Below, one piece after another: positions 48,579-61,331 of a DNA stretch of 64,000 nt. The DNA is from Paraphysomonas bandaiensis. Lineage: Eukaryota; Protista; Chrysophyceae. The DNA is taken from assembly GCA_965644295.1 (NCBI GenBank), contig CBFFRP010000054.1, positions 1 to 64,000 on the forward strand, read 5' to 3'. The notes beneath the pieces are model-generated. The model was not told the DNA's origin and searched no databases. It worked only from the letters and a program-made list of their open reading frames with translations. The stretch's first letter is position 1, and the number at the start of each line of letters is the position of its first letter. The position numbers were made by a program, and so were the translations under genes.

Positions 48579-49467
48579 ATGAGTACACCAACACGGACGA
48601 TCCAAACACTGCGTCCTAGTCCTGTAACGCCAAATGCAAGCCCTATTAAGGATCCCAAGAAGGGTATATACACACGAGCTGAATTATCATTGAAAAAAGT
48701 TCCTGTGACACCTCTGAAACCACCCACACTTACGGAAGATGAAAAAGACGGTATCATTATGCGATATGTACGTGTTATGAATGTCTTACCATATTATTAG
48801 GATCAAAACTACCATACGAAGAATATCAGGATGATCTGGAAGTAGGAGCTATTTTCAGTCGTCTTGACCATTATGTAGTCGATATACGTCACGACGAAGC
48901 ACATATGAAATTCAGAGTGGTGTTGACATTATTCAGCTGGATTACTTGTCTGATTGGCACCTTCCTTATACTATTCTCCAGGGCTGAAACTGAAGGTATG
49001 CTTTCTCATAATGCCTTTGTGATAATACTACTGCATGCTTTGTGTTTGCTTACGTTCTCTTACGGAATCTTGTGTGCATAGCGTTTCAGAGTCAACCTAA
49101 AATCTTTTGGTTATTTGTCCTTGGATGTGTGCTTGAGGTACCAGTAATTTTGTGGTTTATTCTACTATTCTGCTCGTCAAAAAAGGAGTGGCAACGGCGA
49201 AAAGAAATCAGACGCCGCAGGAAACAGCGGCTAAAGGACCTTGAGATTGGTGGTGCACAGTTCAAAGGTGAAGTTCAGGATAAAAGAGTGGAAAGGGTCC
49301 TCGCGGCTAAAATGGCGAAATATGAAAAACAAGCAGAAGAAAGACGCGTATATTCTGGTAATCCTATGGGTTATCCGGATGAAGATCCAGAGGATAAACG
49401 ACATAGGAAAAAGAGGCCCCTTGCTGGCGGAAACACTATAAAAATGGATCCAGTGCGTCCTAGATGA
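48579..49467 (+). CDS. Hypothetical two-TM membrane protein
   Basis: Three exons with GT-AG introns; two hydrophobic segments followed by a basic/charged tail. Confidence 0.7.
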
Positions 49468-50752
49468 CATTTCGATTTTAGAGTCTAGCTGTGTCATATA
49501 TATGTTCAGTGCAACTTCGATATTTTATCTCATTGTATGATGAAATAGGTGTTTTTTGCTTGGAATATTCCGGTGCTATACATGTTACAGTGTTTGTTAA
49601 TGTGGAGTGTTGTTATCACAAGTGGTTGATTGTACTCCACTGTGTTCTATTGGATAGGTGTTAGCCCTATTCTTATAACTAAGTAGAATTTATATGAAAA
49701 TTACCGTGTATAAATATGTTTCGACAGCTGAAATGGTGAATACTATACATTACAATACTGCACGCATTATATTGAAATCACAGAAATACATTAATATGGA
49801 TTACTGGCTTGAAGCTTCCTCAACTACGTCAATACAACGGAGTTCACAACGACCTCGGGAGCGTATAACTGGAAGTACTACTTGTACAAAGTACAAAGTG
49901 AAGGTGTAGAGTATGATACTACGTATCATAAAAATATTCTAGTTAGTTTGAAACTGCTTTATACAAAACCACAATGCAATTGAGGCGAAGGTATGACTTC
50001 ATACATAGATTACTAGAATTATTGATATCTGAAGCAATTGCTCTACCGCATACCCCGATATTGGTTCGTGTGTATAATGTATGATTTAAAAATTAACCGG
50101 GATGAGAGTACGTATACACGATACACTATACATCGACAAACTGTTCCTTGATCTTCTTCTAACACCAATTAGCTGATTCAAAATATTATACACAAGGGTT
50201 CACTGCATTTTTTGAAGCCTATGCATTAGAAATAATAATTGAGGAGCCTCTAAAACTGTAATTTAATACTCTTCATGCACTTATACAAAGTCTTATCCAA
50301 ACAAACGATCATCAGGCTACAGTGTTAGTCCCAGATCATGCCGCTGACTTGACAATAGGGGACACAATATGCATGTTCTGAATACGTACGACTGTACCAG
50401 GGCTATGAGTAAAAACCGGAGATTTAAGGAAATTATGGCTTTTTCATTGCGAAAAGTAAGTTTTTCGACAATTTTTCTAGTATATTCACACAGTACTTTA
50501 GTTTCCAAATCCGGTGGTTTACAGCTAGCTAAAAAAGAAAACAAGACATTTTATACAAAACTGGTTTAAAAATTAAGTTCTCTAAACCCTTAATTTCATA
50601 GTTTTTTGTATGAGTGTATATATAGAATAGTGCGTGGATCTTTAATTAAGCCAAGCCCAGTGATGTCATAGTGTGGTAGAGTTAACCATGAAGCAGATAA
50701 CTATGATATCTATCATTATATATGGATATTAACAGATCATTATAAGATAAAT

Positions 50753-52085
50753 ATGTGGAATGCACCTACATATAACACTAGTAAAGACAAAGATCCTCAT
50801 CATATATACACTCAACCTAACGCTCTTATAGATACTCATACTGGCTATCGTCTCTATTACAGGCCTCCTCATAACCCATATATAGTAAACAATGGTAAAC
50901 TAGACGCACTAGAGTATCCTGACAATCCACATATACGTGCAAGAGTATCTGAACTAGAGTGGAAGTTATTCACTGCTACATTACGCTCTGTATGGGTATA
51001 TAGCAAGAAATACACTCCTCATCGTGTTGTTGCAACAATTATTGTTATTATTGGTGCTGTTGTTGCCAGTCAGTATGTTCCATCATATTGGTATTTAGTT
51101 ATAATTGGCTCCGTGGTGTTATGCTACTTTGCCAATGTCAGATTCCGTAATGGTCGATTAACTAAGAGTATGAATGGATTGTACAGGACCATATCACTAT
51201 TTAACAAGTATCTCTTTAGAGACAGAGGTTTACAGGTGACAGTATTAATGATATCTTACCACATGCCGTTTACATCGTTGTTTTTCTTGTATGCTGCCGA
51301 TATCTTACCTCAAATACGTATGCAGTTGCGAGTGCAGCGAGCCGCTGTAAGTGAAGGAGTTCTTTATGGACATATTGCCCACTGCTACATCAAAATAGAT
51401 ATTTCACACCCAGCTACTTGTGCGGCTTTGATGGAGCAACACCCATGTCCTTTGTGGGGCGAAAAAGTACAGCCAGATGACGACTACAGACCTATCCACA
51501 TGTGTTGCTGTTGCATTGGAAGTAGTTTCACCTATTATTTAAATGAAAATAAGGTATGGATGATTTATGATATATATATTTTTCTGGGAAAATACTTAAT
51601 ATAAAAATAGATACACGATAATGATCTAAAGAAACGTATTAAATCGGCCACTGCATCGTCCGGAATGTCTCTGGAGGACGTCATTGTCGCCAGCCCTCGC
51701 TCTCCTGATTCAACGCCTCGTAAGGTATACATAATGAACTACTTATAAATAAATGAGAATTGTATGCGTGGACCTTTTTATTGAAACCTGTGTTAATCCG
51801 ACTGTATAGCTTGCTATATCATACTCGCCCTTAAAATCTTCTACCGGGAGTTCTATTCACACCACTCCTTCCAGCCCAACTAAGAGCCCAGCAAACCCTG
51901 CCAAAGAGAAAGTTGGTGACATTAATTTGAAGAAGACATCTAATACCATTGATGATTCTGCTGCATCTGATGAGCATGGCCCAGATTTAGCGAGACTTAT
52001 GATGGTCAGTCTGAGTGACACAGAATCGGAGGCTTCTCCATCTAAGTACCAGGAAATCTCAATGTCGGCCAGTGAAAAAGTCTAG
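50753..52085 (+). CDS. Hypothetical membrane protein, possible Golgin-A7/ERF4-like domain
   Basis: YP..IRARVSELEW, two TMs, FNKYLFRDRGL and a CCCC cluster. Ser-rich last exon with stop at 52083-52085. Confidence 0.65.
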
Positions 52086-52584
52086 GATAAGGTCTTTTTT
52101 GCAGTCGTTGCTGCTTTTCTAATGTGCTATGTACGATTACTTATTCATCAGTGTCAACGTTTCTATCCTACCAGTACATAGTACATAGTATTTAGAGTGC
52201 GAAATCTGTAATACAACTTCAGTTTGCATTTCCTCTAGATACTCCAAAAATTTGTTGACCGGCTGTTTGATATAGAGATCGTCCTACTTGTCAAAGACGC
52301 ACACACGGCCAGTTGTTGGTGATTTCATTACGAGTTATAAGTTATACATAGTTGCTGAAACGTATTATGTCTCTATCATTATTCATAGCTAACACTACCT
52401 TACACTCATCTGCAATCACTCTATATCATACAAGATGGCGTCAATTATAATTGCAATTATGACGTGTTATTCTTTTATAGAGTTTATAGAACACAAGTTC
52501 ATTCGTTCGTGTCTACTAGTTATAAAGTGCTCGAAATAATATTAGGCTACTAAGTACAGTACAGCAACACCGATCACCGATATA

Positions 52585-55024
52585 TCATAGTTTACACTCA
52601 TTCGCTATTTTCTTGAGGACATCGAATGGAAATATATCTGCGTAATACCCATCACTCCATACGAATGCGACTCCATAGTTTCCTTTGCAGTCAACCTCTA
52701 CAGGACGGACGGTTGAATACTTTGCCTTGAGCTCAGATACACCTTCATTGTTGGGGTTCACTATATCGCCTAATGTAGGTTACAGAAACTATCAGGATAC
52801 GCGGCGGACGTCACCTGTCAGTGGGTCTCTTATGCGCAGCTCAGACGCAGGAATTGTGTACTCTATTGCTTGAGATGGAGTGAAATACCTAGAAACATAT
52901 ATCAATATCTCTACACTATGGGATAACAAATATTACCTCAGTACTATTACATTTCTTCTATCACTGTAGCTCACTTGAGGAAGCTGCGTACATATATAAA
53001 AGATACATTATGATATCATTCAATGTAGACCACGATACACTTACAATCTGAGCCTCTATCTGCAAATTAAATATCTGGGCTAGTACGCCGGTTGCAAGGT
53101 CGCGAAAATTCATTGAGTGCAGGGAGTCTGGATGCCTCTCAACGTGAGGAATCGGGTGAGCATGAGGACGAAGTGAATTGTCCAAGCTTGACACTAAACA
53201 GTATTAATATAAGACAAGCCCTTCGAACAGTAAATCTCAATCTATTCGTTGCATACGTATTAATAGTGATGACCACACCTTCATCAGTTAGGCTAGAGAG
53301 GTCGCTTGACATGCCAAATGAATGAACAGGCACGGAAGAGGACTGTACACCGCTGCAAGCTTTCTGCACCCGCTCCTTCAGCAGTTCTCGGGATATGCGC
53401 CCGAATGGATAATATACGCTTCCGTGTTCACATGTGAAGGAACACATGTTTTCTACCTATAAACAAAAAGCGCGGCTCATATTATATTGTTGATGTGGGC
53501 GTAGAAATATATGGCAAGAAGTATATAACCTCACAGTAATGTCACACACAACTAAAATTCAAATTCTTACAATAGCCAGAGTGGGTACTTTCATATCACT
53601 GAACATCTCTACCCCTTTAACTACATCCGCCACAGCCAAAACGTGTGGTGTTGTGACAATTACAGCTCCTGTGAATGGTATAGTCTGACTTAAGGTAATT
53701 TGAATATCCCCAGTTCCAGGCGGCATATCAACAACCTACGACAGATGAACTTGAGTGGAGATTAAGGATAAAAACGTTGATAAAAGAAGACATTACAATT
53801 TGCAAAAAGCATACACACCATGTAGTCGACATCACCCCAATCCGTGGCTGCAACGAGCTGATTTATGACTCGAGATACAATAGGCCCTCGTACAACAGCT
53901 GCAGATTTCCCCCCCTACGCAAGTGTCAAAATCATACCGCATACAGAATTATCATAACTTGGCGCATATAGTTTACAAAATATGTACAATAATATGCAAT
54001 TACATGTCTTGGCCAGGCATTGAAAATGAAGGAATATTATGTTAGAGTGCATACATACCGCTCCAGGCACCCCTGCCTTAGGGTTGACATGTCCAAACGA
54101 CAGAAAGCGGACATTTCCTCTATCAAGAGGTAGAACATGGTCGGGGTTGTTTTGTGACCTTCGCACTGGCTGAGTGGGGTCGCTAGGAGTCACCATAAAT
54201 GGTAGACTGCACAATACACAACGACTCAGTCAGCCAACAAAGACAGGCTGAAAGTGTACAATGTAAAAAATATGTATATGACGATATAATCACAAATTGA
54301 TCAAAATTGTAGGTGTTGAAGGATACCTAGGGCCATAGACGTCAGCATCAAGCAGTGCCACCTTGAGACCTCTTTGAGCAAGTGAGAACGCCAGATTTAC
54401 TGCAACTGTTGACTTTCCAACGCCCCCTGGACGTATATTCACTATTTAGGCGATATAGGATGTAGGAGTGGGGTACCTTTACAGCTCGATACACCAATAA
54501 TATGCTTCACGCCACGCAAGCCATTTGTTGTGGACGACACAGTCGCCGCAGCACTTACAGAAGGAGGTGGAGTAGATGTCGTGATAGCAACATCCGTCAA
54601 CCACGATAAATCTTTCAAGGCATCTCGACATTCTGTCTTGATCTACAGATATACTTTACATGGCATATGAAGAGCCATATACGGAGTCCGTCTCACCTTA
54701 TCCTCATATGGATATCCAGGTATAAACATATCCATACATAGGGATGCTTTCCCTGATTGATCCACATTGACACTCTATGATAACCATAACACACATATAG
54801 AAAGCTATATGAATAAATATACTGACTTGTATCACTCCAATCTCATTGATAGTTTTCATAGTAACAGGCTCCTTAATAGATCCAATTCTATCAATGATTT
54901 CCCTCTCATATAATGCTTTTGTACGAGGGGAAACTCTTTGATTACACATCATACGACCATAAGATTGTTTTTTAAGTTGGTTAATTATATATGGGGAGAT
55001 CGATGGTCGTAACATTGTGATCAT
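52585..55024 (-). CDS. HCF101: HCF101-type Mrp/NBP35 Fe-S scaffold ATPase (DUF59 + P-loop + DUF971-like)
   Basis: [25 protein letters not shown] and [15 protein letters not shown]-terminal metal-sulfur-cluster (DUF59-like) region. C-terminal [18 protein letters not shown]. Confidence 0.88.
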
Positions 55025-55466
55025 GTACTATAGTAAGTTATAACTATGAGGGTTATGTATACGGGCTACACGTGTATGATAGGGATGAATTAATACTGAA
55101 GTAATGACCGGATGAAGTGGTCAAACTATGCATATACCATCAAACACGCCAATACAGCAATATGAAGTTAGGGGAACTTAATTAGAAGGATGCTGTGTGT
55201 GCATGCATGTATAGGTATGTATAGGTATATGTAGGTCGATAGGTACATCATATCTATGTACATATACAGCAGTACTGCTGTACATCTAGACATAGTACCA
55301 ATCGTACTGCGAGAGTACATATGCTGTACATATTCAGACAGTTGCAGTGATCTATGGAGTGTTTATAGTTTAAAATTAGCTACAATCAAGCTTTACCATG
55401 TAACTAGCATAACAAGCAGATATATCGCGCATTAATCATTAACAACACTATCTATATTACCATAAT

Positions 55467-56131
55467 ATGGCTCAATGGAAAATGAGTCCAGTTAAATTAA
55501 ATAACTCTCATAGAGCTCATGTAATAGAAGACAGCAGTGGATATGATGCTGAGGTTATGAAATACACATCCGAAGGTCATGATAAGATATCTTCAAGCTC
55601 TCTGTTATGCACAGCTTCGTCTATGTTTAATGATGACGATGATCATATAAATGATGCGAAAAGAGATTCAGAGTGTAACTCTACTGGCAATAGACCACAA
55701 GACAATGAACTTATTACAATCGACTTGCAACTAAATAACTCAACTACCAGTGACGATAAAGAGGTTCCTCTTCCCCGTGAGAAGCGAGTTTCATTTGATA
55801 TCTCTGAGAGTCAGGAAGATAGTTTTGACGACGTTTCCCAATTTGTTGCGTTGCGGGAAGCGATTAATAAACCAGCTGCAGAAGCTGAATCCTCATTCGA
55901 GTCAAACGAGATCATTTTTTTCCGAGAATTTCTAGAAAGAATTGAAAAGGAGTTTCCTTCTTCCTCTAGTAGAAACCAGTTGGATGTGAATAATATATCA
56001 ACTGATACTTTGATGAATCTCGTCATGGAGAAGGTATGGGATAAACTTCTGACCTGTGTATAGTGTTAATTGATTTAATACAGCACAAGCTGCTAGAATC
56101 AGAGGGGATGTTTACCCTGAATTCTGAATAG
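55467..56131 (+). CDS. Hypothetical acidic low-complexity protein, two exons
   Basis: ATG ORF 55467-56063 with a donor at EK|gtatgg and a short terminal exon HKLLESEGMFTLNSE*. Confidence 0.6.
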
Positions 56132-57098
56132 CGTCTTTTCATTGTTTACTGGAAGGCCAAATTGCAAGCGTGTAGCTTCTGCGACGTTGGTTTTGTAAAG
56201 TTCTCTCTGTCGTATGGTGCCCGTACGAATAATACCAGCGTATCTACTGTATCGCCACAAAGTGAGTGTTGTGGTCAGCAGTGCATTCGAATGAAAATGT
56301 TTATATGATGAGAGACCAGTTACTGTTAATATTGTAATGCATGTTTAGCTGCGATCAGTGGGCAACATATCCACTATTGTATCCCTTACCGTTGTCTTCG
56401 CTGACACTTTTGCCATGAATGTAGAATTAAATATTTCAATAAATTCATTTGTTTCTTATGAATTCTACAAAAGATTTTATATTTACTATTCTACATTTTA
56501 CCACATTTCGAGTCAAATTCTTGATAAGTAAACAAGGAACGATATTCCTAATTCCTATCCCCACGTTCGGAGAAACCGAAGCAAAGTGGAATAGTATTAC
56601 TCACGAGGCATCACCCCTATACTCATCATCTCTATTAAATTATCAATATTACTATGTCGAATAGCACATGTGAAAATTGGTGAATGTAAATTCACTCAGG
56701 AGAGAGGGAAACACAACCCCACCTTGTCTCTGCTAGTGGCGTCGTAAGTTCTTCGTCATGCCTGTGGGAAATAGCTAATTACATATATATGCATACATAA
56801 CCAAGTAGCTTTTTCGAAGAGAGGGTCCAATGTCTACTTCTAATTGTGCCGTGTTGTATGGTGGTGGAAGTCTGAGACACCCCGTTCTTAAAGTTATTGC
56901 CACAATAAGAGTAATTAAAATCTATGGGTGATGAAAAGAGATTGGGAAAGCAACATTATTTAAAACGATTATAAATGTGCTATAAAGCCCGTACAGATCA
57001 GATGTGTGCAACAGATAATACTATCCACATGATATTTGAAGGACCAAGCTTCATTCCATATATTGATATAAGCAGATGCAAGACAGGAGGAACAAAAA

Positions 57099-57596
57099 TT
57101 AACAGCATCCACAGCCACGGCTTTCTTTCATCCACTGAGCATTTTTATCTTCTTCTTTAACTGGACCTGATCCATCTGTGGCACTGTTTTTGGTTGATGA
57201 AGGAGAGTCCGAAGATGCTGTAGCTGCGATTCCCTGCTGTCGTATTTGTCTAAGGGTGTTAACCCATAGTTGTGCTTCTGATTCACTCTTTGCACGCAAA
57301 GTGTATACCCGTGTGTTAAGCTCGAGCGCAAATAGACCTTCTTTTTTCTCCGGGTCCTCAGATGGTGGGATTAATCTGATATCCCCAACCTGAGGAAGAC
57401 TTAGGGCGGCCAATAGCTTCTCCATTTTGCGTGACTTGTAGTAAGTCAGATAAACACCATTCGTTTCAAACCATCGACGTTGCCACCTTCCATCACGTGT
57501 CTTCTTATACAGATATCCACTGAGTACTGCTTCTTCTTGCAAATGAACGAATTCAGGTGCTGTTACAGGAGGTTTTTTATTTTCATCTGATGACAT
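57099..57596 (-). CDS. Small PH-domain protein with C-terminal Cys cluster
   Basis: LSGYLYKK..WQRRWF..YTLRA..AQLWVNTL; ends RGCGCC*; intronless. Confidence 0.9.
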   Translation of the reverse strand: MSSDENKKPPVTAPEFVHLQEEAVLSGYLYKKTRDGRWQRRWFETNGVYLTYYKSRKMEKLLAALSLPQVGDIRLIPPSEDPEKKEGLFALELNTRVYTLRAKSESEAQLWVNTLRQIRQQGIAATASSDSPSSTKNSATDGSGPVKEEDKNAQWMKESRGCGCC

Positions 57597-58149
57597 ATTC
57601 ACAAACTAACTGCAAGAAATACTTAATCAATAAACATATATCTATATCAGTTAGTACTGTTTAATATTCTATATAGGAACTGTTGTGTGTTACTATGCTG
57701 ATGATAACACTTTCAGTACTCTCATATGTCATATGCACAGTATGTACTGCTGGACATATACACTCCCTGTACCTATAAAATCAATATCTAGTCGCCATTT
57801 TTTTTATACAGTTGAGATTTCGTAGTAGTGTATATATACCGTATACTCACTCATGTGTGAATTGTGTACTCCATATGTGCTACACTTTGTAGCTGATTTA
57901 TTCTAGATTACGTATTCTGCTACTACTGCTACTGTATATTCAGTTTATTTGTTTTAATTTCTTAATTTGCCTAAAATACCCTGATTTTTATGGTTCCAGT
58001 TTTTCTAAGGGTTTATTTAGGCACATACTCACATATTTTATATCTATGGACATATAGAGGCCCATTAAACAGTAGACAAGACAAGAGTGTCCCGGCCACC
58101 TGCTATCTCATTTCCCAACATGATCATCAGTTGAATATTGATCTCTCAT

Positions 58150-58656
58150 ATGGTAGTAAGAAGAGTGGGTAACTGCTATGTGGTAGATAATTATGGGCCG
58201 GTGTCGTTCAGCGTGAGCTCTAATATAGCTGGTGTGTTTGTGACCTATACAGTGCTGTTATCTGGGACTCTTTTCGTGTATAATCTAGGGAATAAAATTG
58301 GAAGTATACATGTTTGGTTGACATTTGCGTATGCGTTAACTACAGCCATCTTATTGCTTCTTCTAGCTGTGTTAGATCCAGGCATCATCATATATTCTAG
58401 TGCGGTGTCCAATGACTACGCCAACTGTTCTTTGTCTTCCTACTGCGATGTTTGTGGTATATCTCAGCCGCAACTAGCTTCGCACTGTGTCCTTTGCGAT
58501 TGCTGTGTTGAAGAATATCACCATCATTGTCCTTGGCTGGGAAAATGCATTGGCCGAAAAAATAAACGTATCTTCTTTGTATTCAATTGTGTTTGGATTA
58601 CGTATGTATTCTACGGTATTTTTATAATATCTGCAAGTGTGTATGTAGGGCACTAA
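58150..58656 (+). CDS. DHHC-family S-acyltransferase-like protein (HHHC variant)
   Basis: DPG motif, CDVC..ASHCVLCDCCVEEYHHHCPWLGKCIGRKN.R.F and flanking TMs. The start could lie in an unseen upstream exon. Confidence 0.85.
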   Translation: MVVRRVGNCYVVDNYGPVSFSVSSNIAGVFVTYTVLLSGTLFVYNLGNKIGSIHVWLTFAYALTTAILLLLLAVLDPGIIIYSSAVSNDYANCSLSSYCDVCGISQPQLASHCVLCDCCVEEYHHHCPWLGKCIGRKNKRIFFVFNCVWITYVFYGIFIISASVYVGH

Positions 58657-60192
58657 TCATCTAACTAGCTCGGAACACACCTTCTCGTCAACTAGCATGC
58701 TTCTTCCTGTTAATTATCAGTGGAACGGCATGAAGTGCATCATGTTGGTGTGTTGATGACTTAGACTGTTCTCAATATAGGAAGAGTAATATAGAATAAA
58801 CAGCACATAGAGAGTGGCACCTTCCAGGTGTTTTCCACTGCTCAGAAGATATTGTAAGAATGAGAACTACTCTCAGAGGTGTGCAATCGTAAAAATGTAA
58901 CTATTTGATTTTTAAGCAATTTACGCTGCACATGGCCAACGTAAACCTGAGTTTCTGGTTAGATCTCCATTCCTCGTTTTTTCACATAATGAATTCAGAA
59001 GCAAAAAACTAAATTGTAAAACAACACACACACAATTAATGAGTCAAGTGTGAAGCGATCGATTACTTATGACACCAAACAAGAAACTAAGCTAAGATCT
59101 AAGAACAAAATAGTTAAGATATGAAACCCTTCATGCCTGGTACTCTTTTTGTATTACTGTATTCATGTGTGAGTACTGCATAGTATACTCTAGATACGTT
59201 GAGTATAACACCCAAGTGTTATATACGTGAGATTTGTCGAGTCATTTCACATTCACAACTGTGATCGTTGATATCATGACACCAAACAAAAAAACAAGCC
59301 GTGAACAACAGTCTCCTAAGTCCTAAGGTCATGTGTTCAACACTTGCGTGAATGTTAATCGACACCTGAATGAGAAAAACTCAACAGGAGACTTGTTGTT
59401 TGTGTTTGTACTCAAACAGCATTCTGTCTGTTGTACTGTATAGTTTACATGAATACAGTTTTACAACAAAAGTATCATGCATGAAGCATGAAAAATTTCA
59501 TATCTCAACAAATATATGTTACATGAAGAGAGGTCATGAAAGTGACCCCGTGTGAACTCAGTTTTAGAACAATGAAGTCATAGCTGTAGCCTTTTAGGAT
59601 GTGTCCATATTCAATGTTAAAAACTATATACTTTGTAATAGTTTTTGTATAAGAATTCAAAACTCTGGTGAGTACAGTAACACAGTGAGTATATCATACA
59701 TAACGGATGTAATACTTCAACTGCCCCCTGAATACGAAATACGAACACGTAAAACAAAAACGCGAAAGCCAGATAACTTCTTAAGATAAAATTCTTAAAG
59801 AAAACTGAATATCTTAGAAAATGAACACCCGAATATTAAAAGAACATAGAAAAAATAAGAAGTATAATCTGGTAATAAATATGACAAAACATTTGAACTT
59901 ATATATATGCTATATATATCTTTATATTTATTTAAAATCAAAGGATTCTATAGTTCTAAACGGTTTGCCTGTTGACCTTGTGCATTTAACAAATACATAA
60001 ATGTACACAACAATAGAATATTTTGATTTAAATAGATGATTGACAACAAAATTCAAGAGAATATTGAGGAACATATAGAACAATCGCTTATTGAATCAGT
60101 TGACTGCCAACACAAAGACGAGCATTGAAATCACAAAAATCAAGTCAGCAAGATTATTATCACGAGGTGGTACATATTTAAAAGTAACCGCA

Positions 60193-60870
60193 CTAACTAT
60201 GTTTACTCATCATTACAGCTACTAATTCATCTACATCGTCAACTCCTTTCTTAACATCAAACTGTTTCAAACGAGACTTAGTTCTGTAGTAGTCTACAAC
60301 TGGGCCAGTTTCAGTGTCAAAAGCATCAAATCGCCTTGCAATTGTTTCCTCAGTATCATCACCTCTACAAATCAAATCACGGGAGGAAGAGCATTTTTCA
60401 TTTCCCAGAGGGCATGTATTAGGATCGGGGAGTATTGCGGGCATCATATGACCATTATGATTAACATCAGCAACATTGAAGTTTTGCCCACACCCAGCGC
60501 ATATACGCCGTCCAAGAAGCTTTTGAATAGCAACATTTCTATCTAAGTGAATGTATACAGGAATAATGTCTGGAACACAGGACTCGAGATATTCTGCTTG
60601 CTCTACGTTTCTAGGAAACCCATCAATTATCATGCCTGTATCACATTTGTTTATTTCTTCGCGAATAATTTTACATGCCAAATTTGTAGGAATTAATCGA
60701 CCAGTATTAACAAATCTTTCAATTTCTAAACCTAATTTAGATTTGTTGTTAAGTTCTTTTCTAATAATGTCTCCAAGTGATAAGTGTTTGAATGCTAGTT
60801 TCTTGCATATAAGAGTTGCAAATGTACCCTTACCAACTCCAGGGGCTCCAATAAAACAGTATTTACTCAT
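60193..60870 (-). CDS. ADK: Adenylate kinase, long Cys-containing LID
   Basis: GAPGVGKGT, HLSLGDIIR, IDGFPRN, GRRICAGCG and RGDDTEETI; intronless. Confidence 0.95.
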   Translation of the reverse strand: MSKYCFIGAPGVGKGTFATLICKKLAFKHLSLGDIIRKELNNKSKLGLEIERFVNTGRLIPTNLACKIIREEINKCDTGMIIDGFPRNVEQAEYLESCVPDIIPVYIHLDRNVAIQKLLGRRICAGCGQNFNVADVNHNGHMMPAILPDPNTCPLGNEKCSSSRDLICRGDDTEETIARRFDAFDTETGPVVDYYRTKSRLKQFDVKKGVDDVDELVAVMMSKHS

Positions 60871-61331
60871 TTTCCAATTTAATAAAATTGAATAATGTGT
60901 AATTTATTAATAATTAACATACTGATAATGTACAGTGACTGTGTAAGATGCCTTGGAGTCCATTAGAGTCCACACTACGTTGTGTGTGTGTTCAATGACC
61001 TGCTCACTGCCCCACACACAGGACAGTGTATTGGGGTATTTCGGTATTTCATATTTCGCACTTATAGAAAACCAGTTTATGTTGATAAATATCAGACTTT
61101 TTATAGTAAATTCTGAAAAATATAGCAATTCTGTATTGAGAAATTCAGTATTATGATGCATATTCATTCACTCTATGTACAATCCACTCTATTCATAGCT
61201 GTATACCGTGCGTACATGCATATGAGCGACTGCACTCATAGTATCACTATCCTCCTGCGAGATCTTAATGGAACTATTAATACAATCACCATTATAATAA
61301 TCAATAAATTCTTTATCAAATTAATCATAAC

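Noticed and set aside
59310-59355. tRNA-like 3' half (cagtctcctaagtcctaaggtcatgtgttcaac)
   Set aside because: No D arm or acceptor stem. At most a decayed tRNA-derived fragment.
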